Assembly: GCA_963707025.1 (NCBI GenBank)
Contig: CAVPOM010000003.1
Coordinates: 1 to 64,000 of the forward strand
DNA from: an uncultured Verrucomicrobiae bacterium
Lineage (GTDB): Bacteria > Verrucomicrobiota > Verrucomicrobiia > Limisphaerales > Palsa-1400
Direction of reading: 5' to 3'
DNA length: 64,000 bases
Shown here one piece after another: positions 50,055 through 59,600 of this stretch. Numbering within the stretch: the first letter of the stretch is position 1; every line of letters begins with the position of its first letter. The translations under genes were made by a program, and so were the position numbers. The notes under the pieces were generated by a model that worked only from the letters and a program-made list of their open reading frames with translations, was not told the origin of the DNA and did no database searches.

Positions 50055-50386
50055 GCGCCATTCCCCGAGAACGGGCGCACTCCTTCGCTGACGCGTTACA
50101 GATCCGGTTTGATTTTTTGCGCCTTTTGCGCCTTCTCGCGGCTGTTTCGTTGGCTCCATTTTTAATGGGAGTGCAATTTCAGGCAAGGAAATGGCAATTG
50201 CTGGTGAGTGCTCTCGCCAACTGATTGCTATATTCAACAAGTTATGCCTGCGATTCCATCAGAGGAGGCATTTAAGGCTGCTGCGACGTGTGCGGTCCGC
50301 AAGGAGAACGGGCTTGGGAAAGCTAATTCGGGCTGTTCCCAAAATCTGGTTCGGGAACTCAAACTGGCCGACAAATTCACTGCGAT

Positions 50387-51574
50387 ATGAAAAAAGCATG
50401 CGTCATACTTTTAGGTTTGCTGATTTTGGTTGCGCCGGTCCCCGTGCAAGCTCAAGCCTTCAATTACGGCGCACTCCGTTGCGAAACAAATGCCGACGGC
50501 ATTTCCATCACCATCATCGATTACCTCAACTCCGGGCTTGCCACCCCTGTATCCATTCCAGCCACCATCAACACCCTGCCCGTCACGATGATCGGCGATG
50601 ATGCGTTTGGCTACTGCTCCTTGACGAGCGTCACAATTCCCTTCGGCGTCACCAACATCGGGGATTTTGCCTTCGAGTCATGCAACCGCCTGACAAACGC
50701 CACGATTCCCGGCAGCGTCACCAACATCGGATTCGGTGCATTCTGTTTCACCGGACTGAAGAGCGTTACGATTAGCAACGGCGTAACCAGCATTGAGTCA
50801 ACTGCTTTCGAGTTCTGCACGAGCCTTCGGAATGTCACGATTTCCGCCAGCGTCACCAACATCGGATTCGGCGCGTTTGAGGGATGCAACATTTTACAAG
50901 CGATCACGGTGGATGCAGCAAATTTGTTTTACAGCAGCTTGAATGGAGTGTTATTCGACGAGAGCCAAACCGCCCTCATACAAGCTCCGGGCGGCCTGGG
51001 CGGGAGTTACACGATTCCTGGCAGCGTGACCAGCATCGGAGGCGCGGCATTCGCGGGTTGCTCCAGACTGACTAATGCCACGATCCCCGGCACGGTGACC
51101 AGCATCGGGGCGAATGCATTCGGTGGGACCGGGCTGACCAACGTGACGATTCCCGGCAGCGTCACCAACATCGGGGATTCTGCGTTCATTTCCTCCACCA
51201 ACCTGACCAGCATCTATTTCACCGGCAACGCTCCCGCCTATGGTTCGTCTGTTTTCGGTTCGGACAACAGGGCAACAGCCTATTATTTGCCTGGCACCAC
51301 CGGTTGGAGTAGCACATTTGCCGGTCTTCCAGCCGTGTTGTGGAACCCGCTGATTCAAACCGGAGACGGCAGTTTTGGCGTTAGCAACAACCAGTTTGGG
51401 TTTAATATCACTGGCACGGCCAACATCCCCGTCGTGGTGGAAGCTTGCACCAATCTGGCCTGCCCTGTTTGGACTCCGCTGCAAAGCTTCACGCTGACCA
51501 ATGGTTTGGTTTATTTTAGCGAACCGGTGCAGGGGAATGGGGGCGGGCGCTTTTACCGCATTGGGTCGCAATGA
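50387..51574 (+). CDS. BspA-like leucine-rich repeat (LRR_5) surface protein
   Basis: Signal peptide; repeated LTxVTIPxSVTxIGxxAF; C-terminal VW.PLQ...YFSEP...RFYRI. Confidence 0.9.
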   Translation: MKKACVILLGLLILVAPVPVQAQAFNYGALRCETNADGISITIIDYLNSGLATPVSIPATINTLPVTMIGDDAFGYCSLTSVTIPFGVTNIGDFAFESCNRLTNATIPGSVTNIGFGAFCFTGLKSVTISNGVTSIESTAFEFCTSLRNVTISASVTNIGFGAFEGCNILQAITVDAANLFYSSLNGVLFDESQTALIQAPGGLGGSYTIPGSVTSIGGAAFAGCSRLTNATIPGTVTSIGANAFGGTGLTNVTIPGSVTNIGDSAFISSTNLTSIYFTGNAPAYGSSVFGSDNRATAYYLPGTTGWSSTFAGLPAVLWNPLIQTGDGSFGVSNNQFGFNITGTANIPVVVEACTNLACPVWTPLQSFTLTNGLVYFSEPVQGNGGGRFYRIGSQ

Positions 51575-51639
51575 GGGGGCAGCGGGCCGGATGGGGCAAG
51601 ACGGGAAAAGTTTCAGGGAGGCCGGCGAATAATTTCAGC

Positions 51640-51669
51640 TTGCAATGTGCGCCTCTGAGGCACACATTG
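51640..51669 (+). promoter_or_regulatory. Promoter with overlapping operator-like inverted repeat
   Basis: TTGCAA-17-CACATT, 6 nt before the GTG; CAATGTGCGCCTC-T-GAGGCACACATTG (12/13 arms). Confidence 0.65.
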
Positions 51670-51674
51670 ATTCC

Positions 51675-51971
51675 GTGAGCATCATTGTCCACGAACGGAA
51701 GAGTCAGAGGCTGGTGGCCCGCGTCACCAAAAGGCATAAGAGGTTGTTTGAACGCGCCGCCGCCTTGGAGGGCCGTTCTGTCGCCACCTTTGTCGTGGCC
51801 CACGCCTTGGAGGCGGCCGGGCATCTTTTGGGCGAACAGGAGATCATCCGGCTTAACAGTGAACAATCGCGTCGTTTTGCCGAAGCGTTGCTGGCGCCCG
51901 CCGGCCCCGTTCCGCCGGCTCTCCGCCGAGCGCACAAAGAATACGCAAAACGCGTGGTCAATCGCCTCTAA
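51675..51971 (+). CDS. DUF1778 (TacA/AtaR-like) RHH antitoxin
   Basis: RLVARVT..HKRLFERAAALEGRSVATFVV..ALEAA...I.L..EQS..F.EALLAP. Confidence 0.88.
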   Translation: MSIIVHERKSQRLVARVTKRHKRLFERAAALEGRSVATFVVAHALEAAGHLLGEQEIIRLNSEQSRRFAEALLAPAGPVPPALRRAHKEYAKRVVNRL

Positions 51972-52482
51972 GCTCGTTCAACCATCGGTCGAGTCCCTGC
52001 ATGGGCAGGAACATCCGCTGTTCATCAAAGAACCGGAATCCAAATTGCCGGTAAAAGGCCGCCGCCCTGGCGTCCTTGGGATCCGTGATAACGGCCACAG
52101 AGCCAATTTCTATCGAATGCAGCCAAGTCCGCTGCAAAGCGTCGCGCATCAACAATGGCCCGATCCCCATACCTTTAAACGCGACATCGCGCGCCAGCCG
52201 GCCCAGCAATGTGGCGGGAACAAGCGGATACTTGGGCAACCGTTCGGCAATCTCCGCCGGCAATGCGGCCAGTGCGACCGAGGTGGCCGAAAGCGTATAA
52301 TAGCCGGCGATGCGGCCCGGATCGGACCGCGGAACCAGGACGAAACAAACCGATGTTTTGGCGGCCATGTCCTGGCGCGCCCGCTGTCGGAGGTAATCGG
52401 TCAATGGTTGGGCTTCACAGCAAAACTGAGTGCGGCGATGCGTTGCGGCCTCCAGGCGCTGGATGGCAAATTCAGCGACCAT
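51958..52482 (-). CDS. GNAT acetyltransferase toxin (TacT/AtaT-like)
   Basis: HRRTQFCC...L.DYL...ARQD, IAGYYTLSA, PATLLGRLARD..FKGMGIG.LLM.DAL, AAFY..FGF. Confidence 0.9.
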   Translation of the reverse strand: MVAEFAIQRLEAATHRRTQFCCEAQPLTDYLRQRARQDMAAKTSVCFVLVPRSDPGRIAGYYTLSATSVALAALPAEIAERLPKYPLVPATLLGRLARDVAFKGMGIGPLLMRDALQRTWLHSIEIGSVAVITDPKDARAAAFYRQFGFRFFDEQRMFLPMQGLDRWLNELRGD

Positions 52483-52586
52483 GCTCGTGACATTTCACCA
52501 TGGTTCAATAATGATGAGTTGCGCCGCGGCTGGCAATGCGGGAATGTTCCCCGGCAGGAAAATCGTTTCGCCGTCGCGAACTGGTT

Positions 52587-53498
52587 TTATTCTCCCAACA
52601 GGGCCTGGGCGAATTGGGCGGGGTCGAAGGGTTGCAGGTCTTCGGGCTTTTCGCCCAAGCCGATGAATTTAACGGGCAGGGCCAGTTCTTTCTGGATGGC
52701 CACCACCATGCCGCCTTTGCTGGTGCCGTCCAGCTTGGTGATGATGAGGCCGGTGAGGGGAACGGCTTTGTGAAAGGCCCGCGCCTGGTTGAGGGCGTTC
52801 ATGCCGGTGGTGGCGTCCAAGACGAGAAGGGTCTCGTGGGGCGCGCCGGGAAGCTGTTTGGCCATGACACGGTGAACTTTTTGCAGTTCCTGCATGAGAT
52901 TGTGCTTGGTGTGGAGGCGGCCGGCGGTGTCAATAAAAAGATAATCGGCGCGGCGGGCCAGTGCGGCCGCCACGGCGTCGTGGGCCACGGAGGCGGGGTC
53001 GGCCCCGGCGGCGCCGGCGATGACAGGGACGCGCAGGCGCGCGCCCCAAAGTTTGAGCTGCTCGACGGCGGCGGCGCGGAAGGTGTCGCAGGCGCCGAGC
53101 AAGGCGACGCGGCCTTCGGCCTGCACCGCGTATGCCAGTTTGGCGGCGGTGGTGGTCTTGCCGGTGCCGTTGACGCCGACGATGGAAACGACGGTCAGGC
53201 CGCCGGGCTGGCGCTGGAGCCGGGCGTGGGCGGTGGAAAGGCTCTTTTCGATTTCGGCCCGGGCGATGGCCAGGACATCCAGCCCGGCGCGGCCCTGGGT
53301 TTCGTAGGCGAGTTTGACGGCGTTGATGATTTGGGCGGCCGTGGCCTGGCCGAGGTCGGCGGCAATCAAGCCGGCTTCCAACTCATCGAGCGTGGCGGCG
53401 GTGAGCCTGGGGGAGGCGGTGATGATGCGCTTGATTTCGTGGGCCAGTTTGCCGTGGGTTTTGCGCAGGCCCTCCTTAAATTTTGCGAATAATCCCAT
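52587..53498 (-). CDS. ftsY: Signal recognition particle receptor
   Basis: [34 protein letters not shown]. Confidence 0.96.
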   Translation of the reverse strand: MGLFAKFKEGLRKTHGKLAHEIKRIITASPRLTAATLDELEAGLIAADLGQATAAQIINAVKLAYETQGRAGLDVLAIARAEIEKSLSTAHARLQRQPGGLTVVSIVGVNGTGKTTTAAKLAYAVQAEGRVALLGACDTFRAAAVEQLKLWGARLRVPVIAGAAGADPASVAHDAVAAALARRADYLFIDTAGRLHTKHNLMQELQKVHRVMAKQLPGAPHETLLVLDATTGMNALNQARAFHKAVPLTGLIITKLDGTSKGGMVVAIQKELALPVKFIGLGEKPEDLQPFDPAQFAQALLGE

Positions 53499-53588
53499 GC
53501 GGTTTCTACATTTTGGATTTCCTCCCTGGCCCCGCAAGGCGGCGCTCCGGAGGACATGGCGGAATGTGGATTAGGATTAAGATTAGGA

Positions 53589-54540
53589 TTAGGACGGCGG
53601 GCCGGCGATGGCGGCGAGGGGCGCGCGGCCGGCGGCTTTGGCCTGGTAGTGCTCCTTGAGCCGGTCGAAATAGAGGGCCGGCAGCCTGCACCCGCCGATG
53701 AGCGGCTTGCCTTTGCTGTAGCCGTGGCAATCGGAGCCGCCCGTGACCAGCAAATGATGGCGGGCGGCAATTTCCAAGTAGGTACTGGGTCATGGCGGCG
53801 GTGTGTTTGGAATGGAAACACTCAATGCCATCCAGCCCGGAAGCGGCCAGGGCGGGGATGACTTCGTCGCTGCGATTGAGTCCGGGATGGGCCAGCGAGG
53901 CCAGGCCGCCGGCGTGGTGGACCAAGGCGATGGCCTCCAGGGCGGAGATTTTAAACTTGGGAACGTAGGCCGGGCGGTTTTTCTTGAGAAAACGGTCGAA
54001 GGCTTCGTCCAGGCTTCCGCAAAAGCCCTCCTGGACGAGGGCGCGTCCGACGTGGGGTCGGCCCGGAGAATGGCAGTTGGCCAGGGCAAAAACACTTTCG
54101 GCGCGCAGGGGAATGTTGAGCCGGTTGAGGTGGGCGACCATTTCATGAATGCGATTCTGGCGCACGATCTGGAATTTCTTCAAACTGGTTTGCAATTTTG
54201 GATTATCCGCGTCGAGGAAGTAGCCCAAGACGTGCAACTCGCAGCCATCCAGCTCGGCGGTCAATTCGGCGCCGGTCATGAATTGGATGCCCAGGCTGCG
54301 GCAGGCCAGGGCCATGCGCGGGCAGCCTTCCAAAGTATCGTGATCGGTCAGGGCCATGGCCACCAGGCCGCAGCGGGCGCCGTGCCCGGCCAATTCTTCA
54401 GGAGTGAAGGTGCCGTCGGAAAAAAGGGTGTGGAGGTGCAGATCGGCGAAGGCCGGGGCCGCCTGCGCGCCCGCGGCGGAGGGAGCGCGCGGGGCGGAAG
54501 CCGGCGCGGGCGGGGAAATGGGTCGCGGGGTATCGTTCAT
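53589..54540 (-). CDS. PHP-domain phosphoesterase; 1-nt frameshift near 53781
   Basis: DLHLHT..SDG, ALTDHDT, GRPHVG, LAHP; terminal TGGSDCHG in the next frame; removing one C gives QYYLEIAA. Confidence 0.85.
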
Positions 54541-55037
54541 TGGACAATGCGGGCGGGGCGCATGAGTTCGCCTTTGATTTTGTCGAGGATGCCGTTGACG
54601 AATTTGCCGCTGTCCTCGGTGGAGAATTTCTTGGCAATGTCCACCGCCTCGTTGATGCTGACGACGGGGGGGATGTCCTGGCGGAAATACATTTCATAAA
54701 TGGCCAGGCGCAGAACATTGCGGTCCACCACGGCCATGCGTTTGAGGTCCCAGTTTTGGGCGAATTGGGTGATGCGCTGGTCCAATTCGGCGCGGTGTTC
54801 CACCACGCCGCGGATGAGGCGGTCGGCAAACTCGCGGGTGGCCAGTTCGGCGGCGGAAGCGGGCGGCAGGTCGGCTTTCCGGCCCCAGGTGGCCGGGGCT
54901 TTTTCCTCGGCGATGGCCGGGGCGCGCTGGGAGTCCCAAAACTGGTCCAGCGCCTCGTCCAGCTTGTCGTATGGATTGAGGTCGTGCTGAAAAAGAAATT
55001 GCACGGCGCGTTCGCGCGCCTCTCGGCGTTGTCCCAT
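54537..55037 (-). CDS. nusB: Transcription antitermination factor
   Basis: RREARERAVQ.LFQ, VDRNVLRLAIYE, INEAVDIAKKFS..DS.KFVNGILD. Confidence 0.96.
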   Translation of the reverse strand: MGQRREARERAVQFLFQHDLNPYDKLDEALDQFWDSQRAPAIAEEKAPATWGRKADLPPASAAELATREFADRLIRGVVEHRAELDQRITQFAQNWDLKRMAVVDRNVLRLAIYEMYFRQDIPPVVSINEAVDIAKKFSTEDSGKFVNGILDKIKGELMRPARIVQ

Positions 55038-55249
55038 GTTCCTAAGATGCCCGCAAAAAGCGGAATGCCAAAGGAAATCTTTGCGAGCCCCCATCTCAGC
55101 AGGGCCGGTGCCGGGGCCGGAAGGGCGTGCGGCGCGCGCGTGGGGTGGTCTCCAAGGGTCTGGACCCGTAAAGCCGCTGTTTCCGCTGGACGAAAGCCGG
55201 ACCGATGGCGTAAGATTTAAGAAGCACTAATTGAGGAAAAAATGAAGAA

Positions 55250-56572
55250 ATGAAGAATAACAGGCTTTTTCTGACGGCATGGGGTCTTGGGGGGCTTTTT
55301 TTCATCAACCATGCCGGCGCCGTAAATCCTCTCATCATGGATCAATTTACCGCCGATCCAACCGCGAGGGTGTTCGAGGGCAGAGTGTATGTTTATCCTT
55401 CTCATGATATTCCTGCCAGTCCGGGCAGGGGGCGGTCCAACTGGTTTGTCATGGAAGACTACCATGTGTTCTCCTCCGAGAATCTGACGGATTGGACGGA
55501 TCATGGAGTCCTGTTCAACCAGACCAACGTTCCTTGGCTTACCCGGATGTCATTCGATATGTGGGCGCCGGACTGCATGTTCAAGAACGGAAAGTATTAT
55601 TTCTATTTTCCCACCGGCGGCCATATCGGGGTTGCCATTGCGGACAAGCCATACGGTCCTTTCAAGCCGGAGGCAAAGCCGATCCAGGGCGCGAACGGAA
55701 TAGATCCCGGCCTGCTCATGGACAAGGATGGAAGCGCCTATATGTTCTGGGCCAGGGGCAGAATATCCGTGGCCAAGCTGAAAGATAACATGGTGGAGCT
55801 GGATTCGCCGCCGCAGGAGGTGGCGAACCTCCCCGAAAGAGGGCTGATTGAAGGCCCTTTTGCGTTTGAGCGGAATGGAATTTATTATCTGACGTATCCG
55901 CACGTGCAGACGACCATTGAGAGGCTTGAATATGCCACCAGCACCAACCCGATGGGACCCTACCGGCAGGCGGGGGTCCTCCTGGATGAAGCTGCCAGCG
56001 GCTGCTGGACGGTTCATCAATCCGTGGTTGAATACAAGGGGCAGTGGTATCTGTTTTATCATGACAAGGATTTGTCGCCGAACTTTGACAAGAACAGATC
56101 CATTCGGGCCGATTATATGTATTTCAATGAGGATGGGAGCATCAAGAAAGTCATTCCAACCTTGCGCGGAGTCGGGATTGTTGACGCCAGGAGCAAAATA
56201 CAAATAGACCGGTACAGCGACATCAGCAAGGAAGGGGTGTCGGATTCTTTCCTGAATGAAACAAACAAGTTTGAGGGATGGAAGATTTCGCTGAATGGAA
56301 AGAACACCTGGGTTCGATTTGACAGGGTTGATTTCGGAAAGGGCGGCTTGAAGTCGGTGAACGCCAGGTCCATCTCAACGACGGGAGGGACGGTGGAAAT
56401 CCACGCCGACAAGGCGGATGGACCCTTGATTGCAAAAGTTAAAATCGAAAAAGGTTCCGATTGGAAAATCGTCAGATCAAAGGTGGTCAAGGCTCCCGCG
56501 GGCATCCACGATCTTGTTGTTACTCAGAGCCAAGACAAAAAGGTTGATTTAGACTGGATTAGCTTCGAATAA
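55250..56572 (+). CDS. GH43 glycoside hydrolase with C-terminal CBM6-like module
   Basis: FTADPTARVF.GRVYVYPSHD, WAPD, GIDPG, IEGP, H.SVVEYKGQWYLFYH, VDFG...G.HDL...LDWISF. Confidence 0.9.
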   Translation: MKNNRLFLTAWGLGGLFFINHAGAVNPLIMDQFTADPTARVFEGRVYVYPSHDIPASPGRGRSNWFVMEDYHVFSSENLTDWTDHGVLFNQTNVPWLTRMSFDMWAPDCMFKNGKYYFYFPTGGHIGVAIADKPYGPFKPEAKPIQGANGIDPGLLMDKDGSAYMFWARGRISVAKLKDNMVELDSPPQEVANLPERGLIEGPFAFERNGIYYLTYPHVQTTIERLEYATSTNPMGPYRQAGVLLDEAASGCWTVHQSVVEYKGQWYLFYHDKDLSPNFDKNRSIRADYMYFNEDGSIKKVIPTLRGVGIVDARSKIQIDRYSDISKEGVSDSFLNETNKFEGWKISLNGKNTWVRFDRVDFGKGGLKSVNARSISTTGGTVEIHADKADGPLIAKVKIEKGSDWKIVRSKVVKAPAGIHDLVVTQSQDKKVDLDWISFE

Positions 56573-56640
56573 ATCCAGAGAGCAAGCGCGGCTGGAGTGT
56601 TCTGTTACACTTTGTTAAGGCCGTTGCCCGGAGGAGCCAT

Positions 56641-56700
56641 GTCGAGCCGTGACTTTCTCCGACAGAATTCAGTCAAGGCTCGACGGAGTCTCGTCCTGCC
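56641..56700. repeat. Degenerate REP doublet between convergent genes
   Basis: GTCGAGCC ... GGCTCGACGGAGTCTCGTCCTGCC inverted arms. Confidence 0.45.
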
Positions 56701-56728
56701 CCGGCGGGCTAAATAGTGAGAACTATTT

Positions 56729-57460
56729 CTACTTAGTGTCCGGCTTGGCTTCCAGTTTCTTCCTGGCCTCGGCGGGAATGTCCATTTTGGTCGTGCCGAC
56801 GTCCTGGATCTCCACGGTGCGGGTCTGGTCCATTTCGTTTTCGTTGTCGCCGAAAGTGACGGTGCCGTGCAGATGCGTTTCATATTTGGCGAGCAGGCCG
56901 TCCTTGATCCAAAACTTGACCGAGCCTTTGGCGTTCTTGGGCGGGGGAAAGCCGTTTTCGCCCGCGGGGCGGCGCGGACCGAAAGTCATCATGTCGGTCG
57001 CGCCTTCGCTGGTGAAATCGCCGCCCAAAGCGCCGCCGTCCAGGGCCTTGACTTCCTTGACATTTTTGAGGGTGATGGCGGCCTCTTGGGCGGCCGCGCC
57101 GTTGCGGGCCAGCCCGGCGGCGAAGAAGGATTTCATGTCGGCGCCTTCACCGATGAGTTGCCAGCCGTCATCGCCCTTGAAGGCCACCTTGTCCCCCTTC
57201 AAGACAACCTCGGTGGTGTTGTCGTTAAAATCCTGGGTCATTTTGGCAAAGCCCTCCTTGTCGGCCTGGCCTTTGACCGGGCCGATGTTGAAGTCGCTGT
57301 TGGCGATTTTCAGGGTGGAAGTCCAACTGTAGTTGGTGGCGGCCTTCAATTTGGTGATGGCGTCGGCGACTTGGTTGGTGGGGGCGATGTCAGCGGCCCG
57401 GGCGGCGTCGGCGGCCAGCAGGGCCAGGGTCAGTGTGATGGCAGGTTTGATGAGTTTCAT
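56729..57460 (-). CDS. Hypothetical exported protein
   Basis: Signal peptide MKLIKPAITLTLALLAADAARA; NYSWTST and KFWIKDG.L.KY motifs; strong codon bias. Confidence 0.75.
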   Translation of the reverse strand: MKLIKPAITLTLALLAADAARAADIAPTNQVADAITKLKAATNYSWTSTLKIANSDFNIGPVKGQADKEGFAKMTQDFNDNTTEVVLKGDKVAFKGDDGWQLIGEGADMKSFFAAGLARNGAAAQEAAITLKNVKEVKALDGGALGGDFTSEGATDMMTFGPRRPAGENGFPPPKNAKGSVKFWIKDGLLAKYETHLHGTVTFGDNENEMDQTRTVEIQDVGTTKMDIPAEARKKLEAKPDTK

Positions 57461-57522
57461 GGATTTCAAGGGTTTCTGAGTTTGCTCTTGTTTCTGGTGG
57501 GTCATTCTCGCTCCTCGCTTGC

Positions 57523-59136
57523 TCACGCCGCCGTTTTGGGGGCGGGGGCGAGGGAATTGTCGGCATGGCGCAGCTTGGCGGCCAAATCGGTCGCCATGTT
57601 GCGCATGACGACCATGCCCAGGTTGGGCTCGCGCCGGGCCAGATCGGAAAAGGCGGACCGCTGCACGACCAGCAGGATGCTGGGCTGGGCGGCGGCGGCA
57701 AAGGCGTTGCGCGGCGCCCCGTCCAAAAAGGCCAGTTCCCCAAAAATCTTCCCGTCGGTCAGTTGGGCGACCGGCGGGGCGTCGCGTTCCAGTTGGATGT
57801 TGATTTTGCCGCGCAGGACGATGTAAGCCTCGCCGCTGGAATCGCCCTTGGCGAAGACGAATTGGCCCGGGCGGTAAAGTTTTTGCACGAAAAGCCGCGC
57901 GATTTTGCGCAGTTCGCCATCGCCCAGCCCGCCAAACATGGAGAGGTGGCGGAGCAGATTGATGATGGCCAGGCCGAGTTTCTGATCCTGAAAATTGCGG
58001 TCAATGATCGTCACCACCGCCTTGGCGTGGGCGGTGAACTCGGCGGCGTCGAACGAATAGGGCACATTCAACTTCACCAATTTGACGACGTTGGCATAAC
58101 TGCCGGCCCGGCAATAGAAGGCGGGCAGATAAGCCACCGGCACGAAACCCAATTGCTCGGCGGTCTTGAGCAGGCGGGGCGCGGTGGCCAGGATGTCCGC
58201 CTCCACATAGACGGCCCCAAGTTGTTCCTGCACCGCCTTGACCGCGTGGGTCACCAGCGCGCCCAGGGAAACGTCATCACAGGAGAAGGCTTCGGACAAC
58301 CGCGCGCAGCGGTCCATCTCGTCAAAATAGTAGGCCAGCCCGGCCACGATCTTCCCGTCCTTTTCTCCCAGAAAAGCGCGCATGGGCTGTTTGGGGGGCA
58401 AGCGCATGTGGCCGGAACCCATGTTGAAGCGGCCGGAAAGTTCATGGGGAGGATTGGAGGCCAGGGCCTGCGCCCGCCATGCCTGGTAATCTTCGGGCGT
58501 GGCGCCCGCTATCTTCAGGTCGCTGTGCAAGGGGTAGCCGCTGGCGCCGTCGCGCACGACGATGGGATTGACGATGCCCAAGCTGTCCAGGGTGGCGATG
58601 GCCAGTTCGGCCACTTGGGGCAGGGATTCGGAGAGGGGCAGCCGGGTGACCAGCACCGCCTTGGCGCCGCGCACGTAGAAAAGTGTGCCGGTTCGCTTGT
58701 TCAGCAAATGCTTGATCGGTTGGTAGCCGACGCAGGTGTAACCGAGTTCCTCGAAGAGAATCTGGTGCCCGTCGTCCAGGGGGGAGACGCGGATGATGAC
58801 AGTTTCTCCGCGCTGGTCGGCCAGTTCATTGACGCGCTGCAGCAGGGCCTTGGCGGAGCCGTCGCTCAGGCTGTCCGGGCGGAAAAGCATGCGGCCCAAA
58901 TTGGCGATGGGATTGGTCTTCACCCCCTCGAGGCCGAGAATGCTCACGCTGGCGCGCAAGGAGCAGTTGGCCTCGGCGACCCAGGTTTCGTTGAGCGCGC
59001 CCGGGGAAAGCTCCTGGGCGATCCATTGCAAATCATAAAGATCTTTGGCGGGGTATCCCTCCCCCAGGGCGGCCTTGGCTAATTCCAGCCATTGGGCGGC
59101 ATCTGCGGCCGTGGCAGGTCTGATTGTTGAGCCCAT
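57523..59136 (-). CDS. Protein with GNAT-like N-terminal region(s) and C-terminal cyclic-nucleotide-binding domain
   Basis: Starts IRPATAAD (GNAT strand 1), FEELGY and EQLGF motifs; cNMP signature VFAKGD...YIVLRG...FGELAFLDGAPRNA. Confidence 0.75.
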   Translation of the reverse strand: MGSTIRPATAADAAQWLELAKAALGEGYPAKDLYDLQWIAQELSPGALNETWVAEANCSLRASVSILGLEGVKTNPIANLGRMLFRPDSLSDGSAKALLQRVNELADQRGETVIIRVSPLDDGHQILFEELGYTCVGYQPIKHLLNKRTGTLFYVRGAKAVLVTRLPLSESLPQVAELAIATLDSLGIVNPIVVRDGASGYPLHSDLKIAGATPEDYQAWRAQALASNPPHELSGRFNMGSGHMRLPPKQPMRAFLGEKDGKIVAGLAYYFDEMDRCARLSEAFSCDDVSLGALVTHAVKAVQEQLGAVYVEADILATAPRLLKTAEQLGFVPVAYLPAFYCRAGSYANVVKLVKLNVPYSFDAAEFTAHAKAVVTIIDRNFQDQKLGLAIINLLRHLSMFGGLGDGELRKIARLFVQKLYRPGQFVFAKGDSSGEAYIVLRGKINIQLERDAPPVAQLTDGKIFGELAFLDGAPRNAFAAAAQPSILLVVQRSAFSDLARREPNLGMVVMRNMATDLAAKLRHADNSLAPAPKTAA

Positions 59137-59600
59137 CAACGTGTCTTTCTGTGGTTGCGGCTGTCCATGTCCTGGAAGTTGGATCAGTCTTGCGCGCCAA
59201 GCTGGTCTTGACTCCCTGCCCTAAAGAGGCTTGGCGACGGCGAAACACCTTCTTTGCGACGGCGTGGAGAGGACTTCGATGCGATCCTGGCTCTGGTGAA
59301 ATCAGCGGAACAAATCCATGTCTTGGAGAGGCGCATATAAGTAATTGATAAACAAGCTCTTGCTCAAATCGGGCGGCAAAACCCCCCGTATTTTGCATGC
59401 GTTTCGTTGAAAAGTGGCCGAAGACACATCGGTTTGTCAAACGTTTTATGCGGCAGATGAGTCTGCCGAATCCTCGTGGGAGGTCCGGCCTGTCAGGGAC
59501 GATTCTCACGGTTCGGCGGCGCGTCCGAAACGGGGCGGGGCCGCGAAAGGCGGGCGCGTTGACATTGCGGCAGGAAATGTCAACAATCGCGGCACCGAGC

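Larger units (their letters stand above)
48161..50063. mobile_element. IS4-family insertion sequence with two divergent ORFs
   Basis: Perfect 18-bp TIRs GAATGGCGCTTAAATAAG / CTTATTTAAGCGCCATTC; 12-bp target duplication CCCGAGGACGGG (48149-48160) / CCCGAGAACGGG (50064-50075). Confidence 0.92.

Noticed and set aside
59140..59600. Riboswitch or ncRNA in the long divergent intergenic region
   Set aside because: No recognisable aptamer motif by eye; would need an Infernal/Rfam scan
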